Positions 34,623-37,470 of a stretch of DNA of 37,470 nucleotides are shown here, one piece after another. Origin of the DNA: Welwitschia mirabilis (Eukaryota); contig JBOZIK010000001.1 of the NCBI GenBank assembly GCA_051453625.1, positions 9,474,931 through 9,512,400 of the forward strand. Direction: 5' to 3'. Position numbers and translations under genes: made by a program. Below the pieces are notes generated by a model that saw only the letters and a program-made list of their open reading frames with translations, was not told the DNA's origin and searched no databases. Each line of letters opens with the position of its first letter. The first letter of the stretch is position 1.

Positions 34623-35725
34623 TGTTAGGATTGAAATGGCACCCTAGAGGAGAGGCGGGTATGAATAGCGTAATATCAATTCTTTGCAAAATTATCGAAA
34701 CCTTCAATAAATAATAATCTTAGAAATTTAACAAGCCCAACAAAATAAAAACAAAAATACAGATATATACCACAGATTTATAGTGGTTTGGCAAAAGTTC
34801 CTACTCTACTCTCAGGGGGCAACAATAGCCTATAGCCTCCTAGTTCCCCCTAGTTCTTCTCTCAAAAAAACATACAACACCCTTCTCCTTAAGGGTCTTC
34901 AGTACTTCCAGCACCCTACTCAAGGGTCTTGATGCTTTCAGAGCAAGCTCACAAAGCACACAATACAATCATTTTGATCTGATATAGCTTCTGATAGAGT
35001 GTCTGCCTAACTTACAGCAATCATCAGCTTATACAAACAAATGCTCCTCAAGGAGCTGATGTCTCAGTAAGGTACAAGACTATTACATAAATCAGATAAT
35101 ACAGAGGGAAGCATAGTGTATACAGAGTATGAAAATTTTAAGAAGTACAGTGTTTATGGACAAAATGCCCTCTTATACATTATGACACAAAAACTAGTTA
35201 TTGTAGTCTCGTGTAGAGTGCTCTTTGTCTTCGCTAATGTGCCAGATGAATATTTAGATTGTTTGCTCCTTGATTTGCTAAATTTGACACTTGCAACGGT
35301 CACACTTCTGCCTCAATGTTCGCCAAACTGGACATCCATTTTGAAAACCCGGACGTCCTTATTTTAATCACGTTTTCTGTCCAAACTGAGAAGAGGACCA
35401 GATGTCCTGATTCCAAGGGCCAGATGTCCCTTCTCATACAAATTTGCGTATAGGCCCGAACATCTCGAGAAGATAATTCGGATATCCCCATGTATAACCA
35501 CTGCAAACAGGCCCGAACATTCTGATGACAAAAGCATACGTCCCAGTTAGAAAAACTAGACACAGATCAGGATGTCCTAAGAAGGATAGGCGAACGTCCT
35601 CATATAAAACTCCGTGAACAAGTCTGAATGTCCCAAACAATAAGGTTGGACGTCCCAATAAGTTGATTAACTTAGTTCAGATTGTGAGAGACTCAAAATC
35701 ATCATTGAAACGCATTTCTCAAACA
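34623..35725 (-). repeat. 5' LTR of element 2
   Basis: TG...CA termini, PBS adjacent, collinear with 25435-26539. Confidence 0.94.
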
Positions 35726-36114
35726 AGTACATGTTTGGACATTTTTAATGGTCGTACCTATGAGTTACAGTTTGGTAATAGCTTCTGTCTATTTGGCTTG
35801 AGGAGGTCTAATCCTACTTAGATGTTTTTGTGTAAGGATGTTCCTCAGAGTGTCATGAGTTCCCCCATTGGTTCTTCTACATGTTTGCTCGTTTCTATTT
35901 GCTACGGTTAGCAATAAACAAGTTATGTTGGACGGTGATGTTGTTGCTCATAATTCTGTTATTTTTTGATGCTAATCTTATTCATTTAGGGACTTATCAA
36001 TTTTTTCTTCAAGCGGGAGAACGTTAGAAAAATGAAGCCAAATCTTTGCCTTTTGATTAGAATCTTTTTAATTGGCTTAAATGGTCTTTACCATCATAAA
36101 GTTGTAAAAGTTAT

Positions 36115-37470
36115 TATTAGGAACATAAGGCACCCTAGAGAGGGGTGAATAAGGTGTTATTAAAAATATTTTCAAATTAGATCAACCAGCTAATAAATAA
36201 AACAAATCTGAAACTTACTTGAACACATAAAACTAAAATGATAGAGGCAAACAGGAGAACCAAACATAAAGACGGTGTGCACCAGAGTTTTATAGTGGTT
36301 CGGCAATCCTTGCCTACTCCACTCTCAGAGGGTAGCAATATACTCTCAACCTCCTGGTTCTTTTAAAACACCCTTCTCCAACAGCAACTTACAACACCCT
36401 TTACCAAGGGTCAGTTACAACACCCTTTACCAAGGGTCAGTTACAACACCCTTCACACAAGGGTCAACTTGCTCAATCCAATAAGCACTTACAAGATGTC
36501 AATCAACTTGAGGCCTGAGGGTTTGAATGCCTTTCAAGCACAGTACATCAGTAATTAGTTCAATGTCACCATAATCGGTACATATCTCAGTGTAGTAGGA
36601 GTTCAAAATGTTATAACAAAGATTAGCTCATATAGAAGTTCCTAATAGATATGTTACAGAATGATAATCACATCTTTTATACATGGGTTTATAAAGTATA
36701 GCTGTTACAGCCTCAAACTTGAAGCCCTAGACATTAGAAGATGTGCTGGTAAGCATCCTTGACTATTGACATCTTAAAATCTGCATTCTGACATTCACAA
36801 TGGTTACTTTTTCGCTCCAATGTTCGCCTTCCCAGACGTCCCCTTCTTTAGATCTGGACGTCCTGGTTATAATACTTGACCCCTGTCAAAACTGCGAAGC
36901 ATCCCGAACATCCATGAACAAAGTCTGGACATCCCTATAATGAGGACCAAGTATAGGGGCGGACATTCCGTCTTAGAATCCAGACGTCCTTGTAGTTTTC
37001 ATTTACGAACAGGGTCAAAAATCCCGGTAAAAGGCTCGAAAGTCCCATACAATTTTCCGCGCATAAGGCCGGACGTCCCGGTTTCAATAGTTGGATGTCC
37101 CCATACAAACCACCGCATATAGGGTCGGACGTCCCAGTCTCACAGCCAGACGTCTCGGTTGGCACATACATTAGATATCTCATTTTTTACTCTACTTCGC
37201 GGATAGCGAGAGGACTTTGATCATCATTGAAACATAGATTCTTCCATAGTTTTCCCCGTTTCAGTAATGACAACCTTTTTAGGAGCTTGAAGATGGAAGG
37301 GTTGATTACTCCCCCTAAATTTGTACTCCTAGAATAACCTATTATTTACACGGTTAACTCAACAGAAAATGGTCTTTGTAGCCGATTTAGCGCAGTAGGT
37401 TTTGGCAATATTCGTTGAGGAAAATTGAGTAATAGTTGAGCAATATTCGATATTCCAAAATTGATAGAGA
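36115..37470 (-). mobile_element. 3' end of a third SIRE-type element (3' LTR ~36115-37248, PPT, pre-LTR region); continues beyond the window
   Basis: Starts TATTAGG...GGCACCCTAGAGAGGGGTGAATA like the element 2 LTRs; shares TTATAGTGGTTCGGCAA...CCTACTCCACTCTCAG, the GACGTC cluster and TCATCATTGAAAC; decayed PPT 37249-37262 and a second PPT near 37308-37316. Confidence 0.9.
36389..36467. repeat. Three tandem ~26-bp units with internal hairpin, in the LTR of element 3
   Basis: TTACAACACCCTTTACCAAGGGTCAG twice plus one variant; each has inverted arms ACCCTT...AAGGGT. Confidence 0.9.

Larger units (their letters stand above)
25435..35725 (-). mobile_element. Full-length Ty1/copia SIRE-type retrotransposon (element 2), decayed, with organelle-like insertion in RT
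   Basis: Paired ~1.1 kb LTRs, PBS, gag-pol, extra ORF, multiple PPTs; flanked by ATTAC (25430-25434) and AGTAC (35726-35730), a 5-bp TSD with one mismatch. Confidence 0.95.

Noticed and set aside
36389..36467. CRISPR-like short palindromic repeats (also considered for the GACGTC clusters)
   Set aside because: Head-to-tail units without unique spacers, inside a plant LTR, with no cas genes.

Overview
Repeat-rich nuclear DNA from a land plant, in a draft assembly with ten N-gaps. The only host-gene sequence I can see is three spliceable minus-strand exons (15147-15216, 11692-11746, 11458-11577) of a fumarylacetoacetate-hydrolase-family (FAHD2/bacterial-like) protein. Its other exons are not visible, so most of the window is probably giant, TE-filled intron. 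The rest is a nest of old, decayed LTR retrotransposons: two near-complete minus-strand Ty1/copia SIRE (Sirevirus)-type elements (1-8868 and 25435-35725), each with gag-pol plus an extra 3' ORF; the 3' LTR end of a third (36115 onward); a heavily deleted plus-strand SIRE remnant (about 13790-14851); and a 5'-truncated plus-strand Ty3/gypsy Athila-type element (from about 17740) with its own extra ORF. A ~1.34 kb organelle-like insertion carrying a plastid 16S rRNA fragment sits where the RT YVDD motif of the second SIRE element should be. The best leads are a putative PBS-spanning leader intron in three SIRE copies, apparent homology between the copia and gypsy extra ORFs, and 22-bp-spaced GACGTC palindrome pairs in the LTRs and upstream of the extra ORF. 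All family assignments come from motif recognition by eye; no database search was run.
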